Origin: Azolla caroliniana
Lineage: Eukaryota > Plantae > Polypodiophyta
Direction of reading: 5' to 3'
Length of the DNA stretch: 64,000 nucleotides
NCBI GenBank assembly: GCA_043228905.1
Contig: JBHGNT010000011.1
Location: forward strand, 620,001-684,000
Shown here: positions 15,349-27,620 of the stretch, one piece after another
How the letters are laid out: each line of letters starts with the position of its first letter
How positions within the stretch are numbered: the first letter of the stretch is position 1
Notes under the pieces: model-generated
The model's input: only the letters and a program-made list of their open reading frames with translations
Told to the model about the DNA's origin: nothing
The model's database searches: none
Position numbers and translations under genes: made by a program

Positions 15349-17539
15349 GGTTGAGAATCAATCCCAACTTCCCCAATGAAATGGCTTTCGCACTAGCAAT
15401 GGACACTAGGCTAGCAATAGAAGAAAGGGCAGTAGCCCTAGGTTAGTTGGTATTTAAACCAACCATTTGTAACTTAGTTATTGTTGGATGTATTTCCTTT
15501 TGTCTAATACAACTGCTTGTTCTCTAAGTTCCTTGTCTCTCCCCCCCTCTCTCAGCTTTGTCTTACACACACACACACACCGAGTTCCTTTCGCCACACA
15601 AGATCACCTACACTCTCCGCTTCTTTCCATGGTATCAGAGCATGTGGTTTTCTGAACGAGCTTATTCAACTGTGTTGTGCCTCACGCTGACGACCAAAAT
15701 AGAATCGGCTCAACCCCAAAGAAGAAAAAAAGGCCACTATGAACACTCAGATGGGAATCGCTCTTCCTACAGAGAAGCTTTACAAGACAAACTTCGCATA
15801 TTGGGAGTACAAGATGCACCAATACATTGTCGATCAAGGATATTAGAGTTATATTGACGGAGTTGAAGAAACACAACCTAACCCAACACATGTCGACTAC
15901 CCAACATAGGAGCAAGCGGTCAGTCGTGTGTTGTATCGTCTAGCATCGTGCGTTCATGATCACATGGTCGGTTACATTCGAGAGGCAAAAATGCCAAAAG
16001 AAGCTTGGGGCAAGCTCAAGAACGTTTTCGCAACCAACACAACCACATGCAAGCTTCAACTCTAACAGGAGTTGAACAATATACAACAAAGGGATATGTT
16101 GATCGCCAGCTATATACCTTGAAGATCAAGGAGTTGTGTGATGTCCTCCAATTGATTAACATCATCGTTGATGATGATGAAATGGTGCAAATATGCCTTG
16201 ACGGCTTAGCACCACGATTCGACATGATTAGATCGGCCATCCTTGTAGGGAGTATCCTCCCTCCTTTTTCGACCTTCAGTCAATACTATTGGTCGAAGAA
16301 AATCACATCCAACAAAGGAGCAATGTGCCCGATGGTCAGATGCTCTACTCCCAATCAAAGAAGGAAAAGGGAGGAGGATTCAACCGAGGAAACAAAGGCC
16401 AATTCAGACGAGGTCAACAGGGTCAGTTGACCCGAGAACGCAACTCCCACCATTGGCAGGAGGCCAGGAACACTCATAGGGAGTTCAGCATAAGGGGCAA
16501 CTATCCTGCCAGACCAAGTCACCAAAACAACCCAATCGGATGTAGGTACTGTGGAAAACTCGACCACTACAAAGAGGAGTGTTGAAAGAATAAATTAAAG
16601 TCGGTTTCGACCAGCCGACAACTCACGAACTATGCCACTAATTTCAATTATGACGACCATGGCAGATTGTTTGTAATGAGGCATAAAGCACATTCGACAC
16701 ATGGTCCAACCAACACCTCTTTGTTTAGAAAATGTATGGTTTGTCAAATCTAAAGCGTCTAATCACATGATGTCTCACGAAGATTGGTTTTGAGAGTTGA
16801 GAAAGCCTGATCGACCCGGCTATGACGAATCTGGGGATGACACAACTCACCCCATTCAACATATCAGAAATGTCCCATTTGGAAACGACGACAAATAAAC
16901 CTACCTCAAGAACGTCTTGCATGTCCCAACTATCACGAAAAATTTGGTCTCGGTCGGCTAGATTGTCGAACAAGGAATGCAAGTACGATTCAATCATGAA
17001 GGGTGCTTTTTCGAGAAAGAAGGTCGACTCATAGCTCGTGGTCGAAGGGAAGGTCGAACATTCATCCTCAAGCCGAACGAGGTGACGTCGGCCATATTTC
17101 CAAATGGCCTCAAAGTCGATACCGACTTAAAATTGTGGCACAAGAGAATCATCCACATTAATTTCCAGAAGCTCCAAACCATGCAATCGAAAGGAGTTCT
17201 CATTAGACTCCCGAATTTTACAAAAAGAGAGAGAGCTGGTATATGCTAGGCATGCCAATTCGGCAAACAATGTCGACATTCATTCCCGACAAAGAGGAAT
17301 GTGAGCAAAGGAGTCTTGGACGTAGTCCACTCCGGCATTTGGGGACCGGCATAGACAACCACATTCAACGGATGCCGATATTATATCATGTTTATTGACA
17401 ACTTCTCCAAGCACACCTGGATCTACCCTATGCGGCAGAAGAGCTAAGTGTTCGAACACTTCCAAAAATTTAAGAATGAAGTCGAAAAAGCTACAAGTCG
17501 ACATGTCTGATGGCTTTGGTCGGATGGGGGTAAGGAGTA
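15349..17539 (+). mobile_element. Degenerate Copia retrotransposon, 5' half (LTR ~15349-15629, PBS, gag, protease, start of integrase)
   Basis: PBS TGGTATCAGAGC (tRNA-iMet) at 15630; zinc knuckle CRYCGKLDHYKEEC; LWHKR pre-integrase motif; interrupted at SDGGKEY by a Gypsy LTR. Many stops and frameshifts. Confidence 0.9.
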
Positions 17540-17626
17540 TGTTACCGGCTGGCAAAGAAGGCTTAAGGAGGTCCAAACTAGAGTGTGAAAGGAATAGTTA
17601 TTCGGGAACTGTTGTAATTAGTAGTC

Positions 17627-17668
<42 letters not shown>

Positions 17669-18964
17669 GTAAGAAGATGTGGACGGACGGACCGGAATCA
17701 GTATGCCGATCTGGATCTGGAACGATCCCGTAAAGGTGCCAGTTGGCACCGTTTTGTATTTCGCACCGGAGACCTATATAAAGGTCCGGTTACAATGTAA
17801 TCAAGAGCGGATAATTAATAAAGCTTATTGTCTTAATCTTCCAGTGTTGATTACCGTTTTGTATTCATTGTTATATCTTATGCGTGTTAATTACGGATGG
17901 CTAAGTAATCGATTAAGGTCTAATTTAGCGTTGTGCCGTAAGTCATTCTGCCGTACCACCCTTTGGTGACGTGTCTTAAGTGGACACCCTGTGTTAGGTT
18001 GTTGTCCGGCCCTAGCAATAACACAGTTTTTGGCGACCACGATTCCTGCATAATCGCAGTGAACAGCGGCAGGAATGGATGACTAGGCCAACAGACGACC
18101 CGGTTACGGAGAGAGCACGAAGACTTGCTGAATGGAGACGACGGCGAGAGGCTTTCCTGCAAGCAGTGGATGAAATCCGAACGGATCAATCATTTTCCAA
18201 AGTGATCCGGAAAGTGGCGGAGGAGTCGCTCCGTCTGCAACAAAACGCCTACCCGGACGAAGGAAGCAGCTTAAGCAACCTCCGGATTGGAGTAAAGAGT
18301 TTTATGTGTTCGTGGACGCTTCCGATATCGCAATCAACAACGCGCTCATGCAGCATACCGAGCCAAGGTGGTACCGGCCAGTATACTATGCCAGCCGGAA
18401 GCTATCCCAAGCAGAACGGAATTATTCTACCACGGAAAGGGAAGCTTTAGGAATGATCTACAGTGTAATAAAATTCAGGCATTATTTATTGGGAAGAAAG
18501 TTCTCCTTCCATGTAGATCATTCGACACTCCTCTACCTAGTATCCAAAGCGTCACTTACCGGTAAGATGGCCCGGTGGACTTTGTTGTTGCAAGAGTTCG
18601 AATTCGAGATATTCCACCAACCCGACATACAGCATGCGGTAGCAGATTATCTAAGCCAGTTAGATTCCGGGGAGACAGGTGACGGAGTACCGGATGAGTT
18701 TCCGGATGCAGAGCTTTTTCGAGTCACCACGGAAACGACAACATATGAAACGGTGGCACAAGAAGATAAGTGGCTAACTAATATGCACCAGTTTCTGAGT
18801 ACCAAATTGCCTCCGGAGGAGATGAACCGGGACGAGAGAAAACGCCTAGCGGTACAGAGCCGACACTTTTGTTTATTACAGGACACGCTATACCACAAAG
18901 GTGCGGACGTGTTGGGAGACAAGTCCCTCCGGATGGGAAGGGAGAAGATCAGTGCTGATGAACA

Positions 18965-19352
18965 AACCGTATGAGGAGAACCCGACTACGGAGAGCCGGA
19001 TGGTGCAGACCCGGTATGAACCGGATGAGGAGTACCCGGCTACGGAGAGCCGGATGGTGCAGACTCGGTATGAACCGGATGAGGAGTACCCGTCTCCGGA
19101 GAGCCGGATGGTGCAGACCCGATATGAACCGGATGAGGAGTACCTGGCTACGGAGAGCCGGATGGTGCAGACCCGGTATGAACCGGATGAGGAGTACCCG
19201 GCTACGGAGAGCCGGATGGTGCAGACCCGGTATGAACCGGATGAGGAGTACCCGGCTACGGAGAGCCGGATGGTGCAGACCCGGTATGAACCGGATGAGG
19301 AGTACCCGGCTACAGGGAGCCGGATGGTACAGACCTGGTGAGAACCGGATGA
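18965..19352 (+). repeat. About 7 tandem copies of a 54-bp CCGG-rich unit within the LTR
   Basis: Unit CCGGCTACGGAGAGCCGGATGGTGCAGACCCGGTATGAACCGGATGAGGAGTAC. It appears as an 18-aa repeat in the ORF track. Confidence 0.95.
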
Positions 19353-19508
19353 AGAGACATATTCGTAAATATGTTTCTGAGAGTCCATTGAGGCTATATT
19401 TGTAAATAGCTGAAAAGTCATATTAGTATAAATATGACTTAGGGCAAACTTTTAACTGTTGTTGTCATTTCTTGTTGGTGCAAGAAGAAGAGAGAGCACG
19501 TAACAGTG

Positions 19509-19551
<43 letters not shown>

Positions 19552-19686
19552 GTCGTAGCCTCTGTTGTAACCGCCGCCTGTGGCGAAGATCGTGAGCACG
19601 AGGTTGCCTCCATGAACTCATTGTTGTACATTCTAGCATAGTGATAGCTTGCAGCCTGTGGGCTGCCGTGGTTTTTCCCTAGTTTG

Positions 19687-20403
19687 GGGTTCACCAACTG
19701 TGTCGAGCCCTTCGGCTCCGGATCGTTGCGTGAGTCGGGTGGGAACCGCTGAGGTTTTGGACTAGGAGGAAGAGGAATACAACTTAAGGCTAGTTATGAA
19801 TAATAGGAAGAGAAGTAAGATAGTAATCTCGTGAATCCCACGAGTTTAGTGTATTTTAAAACAATATTTAGATTATAAGAGTAATTTAGATGGCAAAATT
19901 CGTGAATCCCACGAATATATTAGATTGATCAATTCTTCTATATTAATCAACAACCTTATACATATTTCTCTCCTCATATAAAGATGGAAGAGGCTAAGCA
20001 TGGCTTCATGCTTTTTCACCTAAAGTGTCCATGCACACTAAATGTGCATGTGATGCTTTGTCATTTCCTAAATATAGGGCTCATGCACGCTAGATGTGCA
20101 TGAGTCACTTTTAATGGCACGTGTAAATAAAATATTCACACTCTAAAGAATACATGATTTTTACCTTTTAATAAAGGTATGTGTAAATAAAGGTCTTATA
20201 TGTATTAAATCTATATTTATAACACTAAAGATAAGTTATTACAATGGTAAAGTTGGGGTTTATCTACGTGGAGGTGTATGGTTCAAATCTTGCCTTATGC
20301 ACGTGATAAATTCTTTTGATATATTATTTATTTATTTATATGTATCTAAAATCGGATATATTATTTTATGGTTTTCACGTAGTGTGTGGAATACACTACG
20401 ACA
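19687..20403 (-). mobile_element. 5' LTR (20403-19701) plus 10 nt of tRNA-Trp PBS of a Gypsy-family element
   Basis: The reverse complement resembles the LTR at 62197-62872 (TGTCGTAGTG...CGACA) and is followed by CAGT-TGGTGAACCC. Confidence 0.85.
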
Positions 20404-21729
20404 ACGTAAACATCCTGTGCCCTCGTTTCTTCTTCGTGTCGTGTGTTATTTCCCGTTCTTTCTATGTATGATCCTAAGCTCAGTTGTGGCCGAGCGTTGC
20501 GTATAGCAGAGCGTTTTAGTTCCTGTCAGGACGGTATTTGGCGACGAGCAATGCGCAGCGATGAGAAGGAGGTAATACTACGAGAGGCACACTACGAAGT
20601 CGCCGGAGGCCATTATGCCGGAGATGCGACGGCAAGGAAAGTATGGCAAAGTGGCCTATGGTGGCCGACCACATTGAAAGATGCAGTCCGGTATGCGAAG
20701 GAGTGTGATCTTTGCCAACGAATGGGTCAGCCAACGGAACAAGCTCGGATGCCACGCCAGCCAGTCCTACCATTAGAACCATTCCAGAAATGGGGGCTGG
20801 ATTTCGTCGGGCCATTTAAACCACCGGCAATGAGAACCAGCAACCGGTACATGATCGTCGCGATGGATTACTGCACTAAGTGGGTGGAAGCAAAAGCCCT
20901 ACGAAACAACATCGCGGCGTCAACGACGAAATTCTTATACGAATGTATTTGGTGCCGGTACGGATGCCCCATACAGCTAATAAGCGACCAAGCAGGGCAC
21001 TTTCTTGGACAGGTAGTAGAAAGTTTAACGACGTTCTATTCAGTAGTACATAAACGAAGCACACCGTACTATCTGCAAGCAAATGGGTTAGCTGAGTCGA
21101 CGAACAAAACGCTCCAGAATATCCTCCGGAAGATCATCAATGAAAATCGGACAAATTGGGATACGAAGCTGCATAGTGCGCTCTAGGCTTACCGAACAAC
21201 GTACAAAACAAGCATCCAAACAACACCGTTTCGGTTAGCATTCGGATTGGAGGCAGTCATGCCGGTCGAGTTCTAGATACCAAGCTTACGGATTCAGATT
21301 CATGAACGATTGAACGAGAAGGAATCGGAGGCAATTCGGTTAAAGGCTCTGTGCGAACTGGAAGAACACCGATTGGTGAGCATTATGCACCTAGAATTGG
21401 AACAACGGAGACGGAAAGCATTTGTAGATCGGCACTGGAAGGGAAACGAAAAGATGTTCGGGACTGGCAAGCCGGTACTCGTGTTCCAGACCCGGATGGG
21501 CAAAATGCCAAGTAAACTACGGTTTAGATGGACCAGACCATATTGGATCGCATGCGAGTTCAATGGGTCCTACCAGTTGGGGACACTTGCCGGAAAAGTG
21601 TTGGGCAAATGGGTCAACGGATTTAGACTAAAACCATACAAAGGACCTATGCCTAAGAACCCATTTGAACGAAAGGCCGCCACCGAATCAGACGCCGGCA
21701 GGCCAACCATAACGGCAACCGGTGAAGAC

Positions 21730-24700
21730 TGTTACCGGCCGACGAAGGAGTCCAGAGTGTGAAATGGGGAGTTATTTAATTAGTAGGAATGGTTGTAAGT
21801 AAGCTATGAGTGTGGACGGACGAACCGGAATCGGCATGCCGTTCCGGATCCGGACCGATCCCGAACAGGTGCGGATGGCACCGTTTTGTAATACAGATCG
21901 GAAACCTATTTAAAGGCCCGGATACAATGTAATGAATAACGGTTAATTAATAAAGCTTAGTGTTGTTATCTCTTTGTGTTAATTGCCGTTCTGCATTCAT
22001 TGTTAGATCTTACGCGTGTGATTATTAAAGACGATCATGCTAAGTAACCTAATTAAGTCGGATTAATCGTTGAGTCTAATCCTGTTGCCGTAACACCCCT
22101 TTGGTGAAGTGTCTTCCGTAGACACCCTGTGTTAGGCCATTGTCTGGCCCTAAGAGTTAACACAGTTTTTGGCGACCACGATTCCTGTTTTGCAGCGAAC
22201 GACGGCACGGATGGATGACTAGATCAACGCACGACCTGGTTACAGATTGAACTAGACGCCTTGCCGAAAGGCAAAGGAGACGTGAGGCTTTCCAGCAAGC
22301 GGCGCAGGAAATTAGAGCGGATCGCTCGTTTTCTAACGTAATCCGGAGAGTAGCGGAGGACTCCCTCTGGTTACAGCAAACATCGCACCCGGACGACGAC
22401 AGCAGCCTAAGCAACCTCTAGGAAACCGAATCCCTTCTCCAGGTGTTGGCAAACGGAGAAGGTGAAGCAGAAGCCTTTTCAGCGTATGAATTGGACTCTG
22501 AAGGGGAATACAACGTGCACACGAACTACCGTCGCAGCAACGAAACCCCGGGCGGATCGGAGGACGAAGGATCAGATACCTTACCGACACCGCAACCGGA
22601 AGTGCTAACGTTGGAACCCCCTGAACCAACAGAGGAAGAGTGACCTCCGACACCGGAAGTCGAAGAGGAGAGGCCTTCGTCACCAAAAGAAGAGGACAAA
22701 CCACCGATGCCGGAAACAAATCGGGAAGGACCACTGACGCCGGAGAAAATCCCGGAACGAGCACCAACATTGCCAGCCCGCGCATCGATATTGGACGACG
22801 ACATGCCGTTCCAGTACTCCAAATATAGAGATGATCCGGACGCGGAAGCTCATGTGCACGCCTTTGAACAGACATGGGAAGCCAACCATGTGTCCCAGCA
22901 ATTGACCTCGGATGAAGAGGAACGCTCTAAGATAGCGGAATTTGGCGTCACATTGGAGGGACCGGCAGCAAGATGGCGCCGGACGCAGGACCCATCTACC
23001 ATCAACACCTTTGCAGATTTTAAAGCTAAATTCTTGCATTTTTTCCAAAAGGAGGTGGGCCAGACCGTAATGGTAGGCTTATTTTATACCATCCGACAGG
23101 AAGCAGGGGAGAGCATTCCCCAGTTTGTCATCCGGTTTCAACGGATGCATAGTCAGCTTGCCCGCGCACCCCCCGAGGAGGAATTACGGACTATATTCCT
23201 AAACGCGCTCCGGGAACCCCTACGCACGGTTTGCACGGTAATTGATTTCCGCACAAGTACCATCGACCAGGTCATTGACCGGGTGACAGAGATGGAAAAG
23301 ACAAGCTCCTAGCTCACATTGGGAGCACTTCAACGGGCGTTACCGTCCGATGAAGACCTCCGGTTTCGGCAAGCAATACAGTGCACAACATGCTTGAATT
23401 CCGGACACTCAGCTCTAGAATGCACTATGAGGACGCAATGTGTAATCTGTCAATCCAAGGGCCATACGACGGATAGGTGCGAGTATAATCTATTGAACCG
23501 GCAAGCACCGCCCATCCGACAAATTGAGCCATGCAGCAACCAAGATGAAGAAGAGGAACGCTGGCGGCGAATGGACCGCGACCGACCGGCACAGGATGTC
23601 CGGTATGGCGATCGACGGGAGAATGATGTCCGGTACGGTGATCGGCGGGATAACTATGACCGGCATGATCGATATCGGGATTACAATAGACGATACGAAC
23701 ATTACGACCGGGAGCACTCCCCCGGGTATCGTCAGCAACGGGAGGAATACAGCAGATATAACGGGCAACCCCGTCAAGAGTACCGCAATAAGAAGAGCTA
23801 TAACAAAAAACGGCATTTCAAAAAAGGCGGCTACCCACGGGATCCGGAACAAGGAGCTTTAAGCAGCCAACTGGCCCAAAACCCCACGCGTACCATAGGA
23901 CCTGCCTCGGGTACAACAGACAATGCCGAATCCAGCAATACCCGGAAAGCCTACAGCTACTATTGCCGACAGGAAGGCCATTATAGTAATCAATGCCCGG
24001 TGAAGAGCTATGAAAAACGACCGGCAGTAAATATGGTAGTCCCTGAGGTGGCAGATCTGCAGCAGGTGACCACAAGGTCGAAGGGCATGGCCAAGGAATG
24101 GGAGACGCAGGAGACCATCCGGAAGCAAGCGACGGAATGGGTGAAGAAAGCAAACGAACAGAATGTCACAGACTTACAGCGGCAAAAGCAGAACACCGTA
24201 GGGCTTGTCGGCGGCAGTCACTCCGAGAATGAGACATGGTAGGTGTTGCAAGAATGCCAGATTATGCTGCCACTAGGAAGACTCCTGCAACTCGTGCCAA
24301 GATTCACGGAAGGACTGAAGACGGCCATGACGGCAGGAGAATCATCACCGGCACCGGTACTCTTCTCGAATCCGGAGGAGGGACCAACGGTGGTGGACAC
24401 CAACAGTCCAGTAATCACTGCCATTGTAAAAGGGATAGAGCTCCCCGACACAGTTATATACGAAGGCTCTGGGGTGAATGTAATAAGCCTCCGAACGTGT
24501 GATGCCCTAGGAATCCACGAGTGGGAGCCGTGTCCGTTCTGGTTACGGATGGCCGAGCTCCAGCAGGAAGTTGATCGGGCCGCGACGACGATCGCCGACG
24601 AACGTGCGGAAAATACAAGACGGTTGGACGAGGCGGAGAAGGTCCGGATGGAGCTCCAGAGGCAACAGCAGGAAGAAAAGGAGAGAGCGTCAACGGTATT

Positions 24701-25496
24701 GCAGAAATTACAAAGCACATATCAAAGGCAATTGACGCATTACAAGGAGCAGGCAGAAGACAACGTCAAAATCATCAAGCAACTGAAGGAGGAACGGCAA
24801 GCGGCGGAAACCAAATTGCAATTGGGAACGGGCCGGATCCAGTCCATCCTTCGGGCATGGCTGAATAAGACAAAACACTTGATTGACGAAAGCTCCGTAA
24901 GATGGTGGACAAAGTGGGCACAAAACGTGGCGGAACTCCAATTGCTACGGGCAGAGGTGGCAAACTGGCGGAAGGAAGGAGATGATTGTTATACGTTGAC
25001 TTCTGAGGACTTCACCGCCATACGGGACGAGCTGGCCGACGACTTCCAAGTCCTGGCGGATGAACAGCTGGCGCAGGTCCGGCAACTCGTAGCTCAACTA
25101 GACGATGATAGGCTGGACGCTCAAATCCAGTTTGAAAGCTACGAGCGGTCCCGGGTTCGGGAAGAAAAAGCACGGGCAGCGGCAACGATTAACCTTAGTG
25201 ATGAGGAACCGTCGCCGGCCGAGGGCCAGTCCGGAACCAGTCAACCGGAGACCACTACGACGGAGGGAGCAACGACGGAGACACCGGTGTCAGAGCAACA
25301 AACGGAGAAGCTGCCGCAGCAGCCACCAACGGACCCGTCGCAGCAGACATCAACAGAGCAGCAACAACAACAACAACCAATTCCAGATGAACCATTGGAG
25401 ACTCTCGAACAAAGCATTCTGGATATTTTGGACGAAGAATAGCAAGGGTCGGTTGTGGATTCGACGTACAAGGTACTGTCCCACGGGCGTGCCATG
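21730..25496 (+). mobile_element. Gypsy element B: 5' LTR 21730-22162, PBS, gag, protease fused to a 3' extra ORF; RT, RNase H and integrase deleted
   Basis: PBS TGGCGACCACG at 22170; gag with zinc knuckles CTTCLNSGHSALEC and CVICQSKGHTTDRC; degenerate protease VIYEGSGVNVI; abrupt switch after WLRMA to coiled-coil sequence. Confidence 0.88.
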
Positions 25497-27060
25497 TGTT
25501 ACCGGTCGGAATGGTTGTAGTTATTTAATTAGTAGGAATGGTTGTAAGTAAGCTATGAGTGTGGACGGACGGACCGGAATCGGTATGCCGTTCCGGATCC
25601 GGACCGATCCCGTACAGATGCGGATGGCACCGTTTTGTAATACAGATCGGAAACCTATTTAAAGGCCCGGATACAATGTAATGAATAACGGTTAATTAAT
25701 AAAGCTTAGTGTTGTTATCTCTCTGTGTTAATTGCCATTCTGCATGCATTGTTAGATCTTACGCGTGTGATTATTAAAGACGATCATGCTAAGTAACCTA
25801 ATTAAGTCGGATTAATCGTTGAGTCTAATCATGTTGCCGTAACACCCCTTTGGTGAAGTGTCTTCCGTAGACACCCTATGTTTGGCCATTGTCTGGCCCT
25901 AAGAGTTAACACAGTTTTTGGCGGCTACCACCAAGCCAATAAGGAGGAGCATGAGCCGGCAACCGAGGAGAGCAGAACGACGACAAACCGTCAAGAGGCC
26001 GATAAGTTGCACGCTTCGGGCAAAGGTCCGACAGGATCGGAGAAAAACTAACCCACACAAGTAAGTTATAAAAAATAAAATAAAATAAAATAAAAAATAC
26101 TTCGGCGAGTACTCTCTAGCCAACAAGGGCTACAGGACACAGGGCGGCAAAGATATGCTATTCCGCGAAATTGCCCGTGTGCTCCATGAGTTCGGCCACG
26201 TGTACCCTCGACCCCCCGTCATGCCTCAGAACCGAGCAGGCTTGATCATCGCAACGTACGAAGGGGTCAAGGTGGATTGGTCGGTGCTGATCGCCGACGG
26301 GCTGTGTACGATGATTGATATAGTAAGAGGAAAGGACGGCAAGGAAGGCCGGAAAATATGGCATGCGGTGACACAATGGCTCACCCTGTTGGCACCACCG
26401 GTCGAGCCCGTGCAAACCAAGAAGCGGGGAAGAGCAACAGACGGCACCCCGAAACCTGCTTCGAAACGACAACAATTGTTGGCCTCCGAGGCCACTAAGG
26501 GGAAGACTGTCGATGCAGAAAAGGCGGTGAAGGAGTGCGCCAGCCAGAAGCGGTCGACGGATGCAAGTGAGGAGACACCGGCACGGCCCCTGAAGAGCTC
26601 ACTCCACCGACCGGTGCAACAGGAAACGGACACCCTGGTGGCAAGAATGAATGTCGGGACTCAGGCGGAAGGAATGGAGGAAGAACCCACGGAACACCTC
26701 CAGCGGCGGCTGGTGAAGAGCACCGCTGAATCAGTCGGGAAGCGTTCGGACCCACAGAAGGATGGAACGCCCGCAACTAATGCTGAGGAACCCACGCCAA
26801 GGGAGGCACCAAAACCGGTTCGAAGGGAACCGGTCACAGAAGTCCCGGCAGAACAGGCAGCACCGGCAAGCCCCGTCACCCAAGAGCCGGATACACAAAG
26901 GCCAACCGCCCCAGCCGGCCAAGAACAAGCAGACAAGGGGCGACTAGCCGAAACACACTTAGAGCCAGAACGGCAAAGTGGTTAGCTGGCAGAACCAGAA
27001 GCGCAGCTCGACGTAGAAAGGCGGAACCAGCCACCGGCGAGTGAACCCAAGCAAGGGCTG
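25497..27060 (+). mobile_element. Gypsy element C: LTR 25497-25911, partial PBS, and extra-ORF fragment 26155-26985
   Basis: The LTR is nearly identical to 21730-22162 except at its 5' end, and is followed by the same CAGTTTT-TGGCG. A 276-aa GC-rich ORF lies downstream. Confidence 0.75.
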
Positions 27061-27289
27061 CTAGCTAGAGGATATGTAAGATTCGCCAGACCAAACAAAA
27101 GCATGATAAGCCAAAGCAAAATGAAAGTAATCCAGACGAGATATGTTCCTCAAAGCATTAACTCCGATGAACACGAAACCCATATCCACTAAATGAAAGA
27201 TATGCATGTGCTTGTGTGTGTATATGTGTGTTCTACTACAATCCATGGGCACACAAATGTAACATATCAACAACAACTAGAAAATTAAA

Positions 27290-27620
27290 CGTGAGAACTA
27301 CCAGAAAATTGAGGGGGGGGAGCCAAAATGGGGGATTAGCTATGTTGACACGAGAACTATCAGAAAATGGGTTGCGGCCAAAATGGTGTGATAATTATGC
27401 TCAGTTGAGAACTAACGAGAGAACTACCAGAAATTTGGGGGGCAAAATGGAGGGGACAACTATGTTGAGGTACGAAGTGAGAGCTATCAGAGAATGTTTT
27501 TTTTGGGTGGGTGGGGGGGAGCCATAATTGGCGGAATAGCTATATCAGAGAATGTTTTTTTGTATGGGGGAGGGGGGGGTTTTTTTTTAGGGGTGGAAAA
27601 TAGCCAAAATGGGGGGGCAA
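27290..27620 (+). repeat. Degenerate ~60-bp tandem repeat with G-runs
   Basis: Recurring GAGAACTA(C/T)CAGAAA...GGGGG...CAAAATGG...CTATG, about 5 copies. Confidence 0.6.

Larger units (their letters stand above)
18910..20528 (+). mobile_element. Copia solo LTR (related to the LTRs of 42686-48107), TSD GGACG
   Basis: TG...CA; GGACG at 18905-18909 and 20529-20533. Removing it restores the host reading HKGADGIWRR. Shares the TATA region GTATAAATATGACTTAGGGCAAAC with 42946-42970. Confidence 0.9.
17540..21729 (+). mobile_element. Gypsy element A: 5' LTR 17540-18023, PBS, gag start deleted into RNase H, then integrase
   Basis: TGTTA...TAACA termini; PBS TGGCGACCAC at 18031 (likely tRNA-Arg); RNase H VDASD..YYASRKL..NYSTTEREAL; integrase HHCC, WGLDF and NGLAE motifs. 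Split by the insertion at 18910-20528. Confidence 0.9.

Noticed and set aside
18888-19421. Repeat-protein ORFs in three frames
   Set aside because: They are an artefact of a stop-free 54-bp tandem repeat inside an LTR.
21730-25911. A single complete LTR element bounded by LTRs B and C
   Set aside because: There is no PPT before 25497, no TSD (AAGAC versus CAGTT), and the second LTR is followed by a PBS start.
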